64,000 bases of DNA from Arcobacteraceae bacterium (GTDB taxonomy: Bacteria > Campylobacterota > Campylobacteria > Campylobacterales > Arcobacteraceae). Made by a program: the position numbers and the translations under genes. The notes under the pieces are model-generated. The model had not been told where the DNA came from. It did not search any database and worked only from the letters and a program-made list of their open reading frames with translations. The stretch lies in NCBI GenBank assembly GCA_963662945.1, contig OY759974.1:2048001-2112000 (forward strand), in the 5' to 3' direction. Each line of letters begins with the position of its first letter. The first letter of the stretch is position 1. Below are positions 60,550 to 64,000 of the stretch, piece after piece.

Positions 60550-60807
60550 ATGTATAATGAAATCATACTTGACTGTAGAGAATTAGAAGCCCCTGAGCCT
60601 TTAAATCTTGCAGTTTCAAACTTATCTAAACTAGATGATAATAATTATATCAAAATGATACATAGACTAGAACCTATGATGTTATTGACTATCCTAAAAG
60701 AGAATAACTATGGATATGATATAAAACATACTAGCAATGAAGTTTTAATTTATATCTATAAAAATAATGAAAAAAAGAGAGAATATATCGAATGTTTGCA
60801 GGACTAA
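60550..60807 (+). CDS. DUF2249 / SirA-TusA-like small protein
   Basis: LDCRELEAPEPL...MIHRLEP. Confidence 0.75.
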   Translation: MYNEIILDCRELEAPEPLNLAVSNLSKLDDNNYIKMIHRLEPMMLLTILKENNYGYDIKHTSNEVLIYIYKNNEKKREYIECLQD

Positions 60808-62018
60808 GTCTTGATCAAGCTCCACCATTTAGAGCACCTTTAAAGTTTTTTTTAACAGCACCTATTTTTGCTCTTATTGCTGGAGTTTTATTACTTTTTG
60901 GGGATAGCTTTGAAATACATTCTCCTACTACAATTGCTACTATACATCTACTTACTATAGGATTTATGGTGATGATAGTTTTTGGGGCATTGCAACAGAT
61001 GCTTCCTGTTGTTGCAGGTGCTGTTATACCTAAACCTATGATTGTAGCAAATACTACTTATACACTTTTAGTTCTTGGAATTATCTCTTTTGTAGTAGGT
61101 TTTGTTTTATATAATAAGTTACTTTTTTTTATCGCTTCAAATTTTTTACTTTTAGGTTTATTTTTGTTTACTTCTATTGCTTTGGTACAACTTTTAAAGG
61201 TACAAAAAAAATCATGGATAGTACTGGGTATGACACTTTCGTTAGTGTTTCTAATGGTAGCTTTTTTCATAGGTATCCATCTTATTATCTCTCATGCACT
61301 GGCTAATATCTCTACTTCTCATTATGATATTGCACTTATACATTACAATTATATATTTTTTGGATTTATCTTTTTACTTATAGTTTCAATCACATTTCAA
61401 GTGGTTCCAATGTTTTGGGTGGCAGATGCTTTTTCTCAAAAGCAACAAAAATTTATTATACTGTTTACTACACTTGTTTTGATTTGTTATGGTTTTAATA
61501 TATTTATGAACTTGGGTTTTGATACAGTTTATAAGTTTTTAATGAGTGGTGTTATACTTTATTTTGGATATATAACTATACAAAAATTAAAAAATAGAAA
61601 AAGAAAACTCAAAGATATCTCTGTATATTTTTATATAACTTCAATGATATTTTTGATGATGGGTACTCTATCTTGGATAGTGCAATTGCCATTACAATTT
61701 CTAGGTATCATTTGGGAGCTTGGTTTTGTTTATACACTTATGAATGGGATGTTATATAAAATAGTTCCTTTTCTTACATGGTTTCATCTAAGTAGTAAAG
61801 GTATTTTTGATATCCCAACTATGAGAGATATGATAAGTATAAAATGGAGTCAAATGCAGTTTAATCTTCATCTTGCAAGTGTATTGTTTTTTATTGGGGG
61901 ATTGAGTTTTAGTAGTGAGTATCTTATCAAATATGGAGCAATCTTTTTTATAGTATCAAATATACTTCTTTTTATAAATCTCTATAAAGCAGCTAGAATT
62001 TTTTTAGTGCGTTTTTAG
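60792..62018 (+). CDS. Polytopic membrane protein with intramembrane His residues
   Basis: About 12 TM; HLLTIGF...GALQQMLPVV, FQVVPMF, GMLYKIVPFLTWFHL. Confidence 0.7.
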   Translation: MFAGLSLDQAPPFRAPLKFFLTAPIFALIAGVLLLFGDSFEIHSPTTIATIHLLTIGFMVMIVFGALQQMLPVVAGAVIPKPMIVANTTYTLLVLGIISFVVGFVLYNKLLFFIASNFLLLGLFLFTSIALVQLLKVQKKSWIVLGMTLSLVFLMVAFFIGIHLIISHALANISTSHYDIALIHYNYIFFGFIFLLIVSITFQVVPMFWVADAFSQKQQKFIILFTTLVLICYGFNIFMNLGFDTVYKFLMSGVILYFGYITIQKLKNRKRKLKDISVYFYITSMIFLMMGTLSWIVQLPLQFLGIIWELGFVYTLMNGMLYKIVPFLTWFHLSSKGIFDIPTMRDMISIKWSQMQFNLHLASVLFFIGGLSFSSEYLIKYGAIFFIVSNILLFINLYKAARIFLVRF

Positions 62019-62598
62019 CCTTTTGATAGGTTTCTTTTGTATTAATATTTAAAAACTGTTCATAATTTTCAAAAACTATCTCTTGATAGTTTTTTGAGTT
62101 TTTTATCATATAGTTTATTTTATGAATATCTTTCTTTATCATCTCTTGAATAGTTGGTAAAACATCTCTTGAAAATACTCCACAAAGATTATGTATATTA
62201 TTATCATTATCTTTTGCAATAGTGATAGAAAAGTCACTTGAATTTTTGATGAGCTTTTCTATAGTCTCCTTTTCTACAAAAGGTGTATCTACTGTGATTA
62301 TAAAAACTTTTTCATCTTTTAGAGTTTGAAATATTGTCTCTAGTGCTATCATTGGAGAAAAAATAGTTTGATTTTTATCTAAGATAAGTTGTTTATTTGG
62401 AAGTTGAAGTTTCTCATATTTATCTGTTTTTGCTGAGATATATATATTGTCAAATATGGGAAGAAGTTTCCTATATAGATACTCAATCATTGTTGTTTCA
62501 TTATCAAATTGCATAAGTGATTTATCTTCACCCATACGACTACTTTGTCCACCACTTAAGATGACGCAAGGTATAGTATTAGGCATTTGATGCTTCAC
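61993..62598 (-). CDS. mobA: Molybdenum cofactor guanylyltransferase
   Basis: ILSGGQSSRMGEDKS, VDTPF, FLNINT; start may be 62586. Confidence 0.92.
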   Translation of the reverse strand: MKHQMPNTIPCVILSGGQSSRMGEDKSLMQFDNETTMIEYLYRKLLPIFDNIYISAKTDKYEKLQLPNKQLILDKNQTIFSPMIALETIFQTLKDEKVFIITVDTPFVEKETIEKLIKNSSDFSITIAKDNDNNIHNLCGVFSRDVLPTIQEMIKKDIHKINYMIKNSKNYQEIVFENYEQFLNINTKETYQKAKNALKKF

Positions 62599-64000
62599 TT
62601 ACGAGAAGTTTCCCAACTTCAAGATTTGAATCAACAAAACTTTTGATTGGTAAATCTTTCAGAGCTTTTCTCTCATCTATGGAGTCAATTTTTACTATGA
62701 TATTTGAATTTGGTTCAAAATGCAATACTGCTTCACTTATAAGTCTTTTTCTTTTAGGATTAGACACGGTTATGATGATAGCTCGTGCTTCATCTACTTT
62801 TAGAGACTCCAAAACAGGAAGTTTATCAAGGTGACCAAAGTATCCCATATAGCCTAACTTTCTTGCGAGTAATACATGTTTTAAGTTATCTGAGATGATA
62901 ACAAATGGTATCTCTTGTGTACTTAATTCTTGTGCGACAATTCTTCCTAGCATAGAAAATCCAGCTATTACCACATGGTTTTTTGCCTCAATTGGAGTAA
63001 TAACATCTGATTCATAAAACTCTTTTGCAAAATATGATGAAAGTTTATAAATATTATTTACGATAAATGGTGTCAGTATCATCGAAATTACAGTTATAAG
63101 TATCAAAAAACTTGCCATTTGAGGAGAAATCAGATGATTTGAAAGTGCTAGTGCAAAAATAGCAAATGAAAATTCCCCAACGCTAGCTAGCGCAAGAGCA
63201 GTTTTTACGGCACTATTTTTATCTGATTTTTTTATCATAATTATATAGATAACTATCGCTTTAAATAAAAATACTCCCACAAAAATAGCAAATATAATAT
63301 GAAGATTGTTTAAAAAGTAAAATACATCTATTTTAGTTCCAACACTAAAGAAAAATGCTCCTAAAAGCAGGTCTTTGTAGCTAGAGATATCTGATTCTAC
63401 TTTTACACTATATCCAGTATCAGCTATAATCATACCAGCAATAAAGGCACCCAAAGAGTAAGTAAACCCTAAATCATGAGCTAAAAGTGAAGCCCCAATC
63501 ACTATAGAAAAAACAGCCCCTAAAAACAGTTCTTCTAAACCACTTGAAGCTGAAGATCTAAGGAGTATATTTACTATTTTTTTCCCAATTGTAAACATAA
63601 ATAAGATAATTATCAATGCAGATATAAAAGTTTGAAATAAAACTTCTGTTAAAGATAATGTATCATTTGTTAGAAAAGTTATAAGTAAAAGTATAGGTAT
63701 CACTGCTAAATCTTGAAATATTAAAATTCCCAATGATTTTTCCCCATAAGGTGTATGAATATCTTTTGATTCCTTAAGATAAGTTAACACAATAGCAGTT
63801 GATGAAAGGGAAAATGCTAATGAGATAATAATCGAAGTATTAAAATCTAATTTAAAAATAAAATAAGAGATGATAAATATTACCAAGGTACTTAAAATAA
63901 CTTGTAAAAAACCATTTACAAGAAGTATCTCTTTCATTTTACGAATTTTGTCAAAATTGAGTTCTAATCCGATAGTAAACATCAAAAATACAATTCCAAA
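62579..64000 (-). CDS. KefB/KefC-type K+/H+ antiporter with TrkA-N domain (5' truncated by window edge)
   Basis: FTIGLE, LSSTAIV, ILIFQDLAV, LGAFIAG, GEFSF; C-terminal HVVIAGFSMLG domain. Confidence 0.9.
   Translation of the reverse strand, partial: FGIVFLMFTIGLELNFDKIRKMKEILLVNGFLQVILSTLVIFIISYFIFKLDFNTSIIISLAFSLSSTAIVLTYLKESKDIHTPYGEKSLGILIFQDLAVIPILLLITFLTNDTLSLTEVLFQTFISALIIILFMFTIGKKIVNILLRSSASSGLEELFLGAVFSIVIGASLLAHDLGFTYSLGAFIAGMIIADTGYSVKVESDISSYKDLLLGAFFFSVGTKIDVFYFLNNLHIIFAIFVGVFLFKAIVIYIIMIKKSDKNSAVKTALALASVGEFSFAIFALALSNHLISPQMASFLILITVISMILTPFIVNNIYKLSSYFAKEFYESDVITPIEAKNHVVIAGFSMLGRIVAQELSTQEIPFVIISDNLKHVLLARKLGYMGYFGHLDKLPVLESLKVDEARAIIITVSNPKRKRLISEAVLHFEPNSNIIVKIDSIDERKALKDLPIKSFVDSNLEVGKLLVSEASNA

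Overview
AT-rich chromosomal window from a Campylobacterota bacterium, most likely Arcobacteraceae (tmRNA tag ANNTNYAPAYAKAA, HsrA/CosR, PEB4-type PPIase, MqnD, HydE). Most of it is housekeeping: lysS end, glyA, trpE, mqnD, murB, fusA-rpsG-rpsL, recA, eno, bioB, bioA, fbaA, rnhB, aroE, dbpA, mobA and a partial Kef antiporter. Accessory or unusual parts: (1) a ~6.5 kb integrative element in the 3' end of tmRNA, with a P4/CP4-57-type integrase, AlpA, a GIY-YIG-like ORF, an XRE regulator and envelope-protein cargo. It has visible att and arm-type sites, an attR lacking the U of the tmRNA G3-U alanylation pair, and a kissing-loop RNA candidate before alpA. (2) A ~15.6 kb cluster of three [NiFe]-hydrogenases (Tat-exported HydABC plus HydD/E, a cytoplasmic group 2-type enzyme, and six-subunit Ech) with a TetR regulator and an orphan Cache histidine kinase. 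(3) A Slam/DUF560-like outer-membrane protein paired with a FecR-domain protein ending in a TbpB-like barrel. (4) A ferredoxin:thioredoxin-reductase/rhodanese fusion. (5) A BrnT/BrnA toxin-antitoxin pair. (6) A hemerythrin-DUF2249-membrane protein operon behind a perfect FNR-type box. No rRNA, tRNA, CRISPR array or IS element was seen. All family assignments come from motif recognition by eye; no database searches were run.
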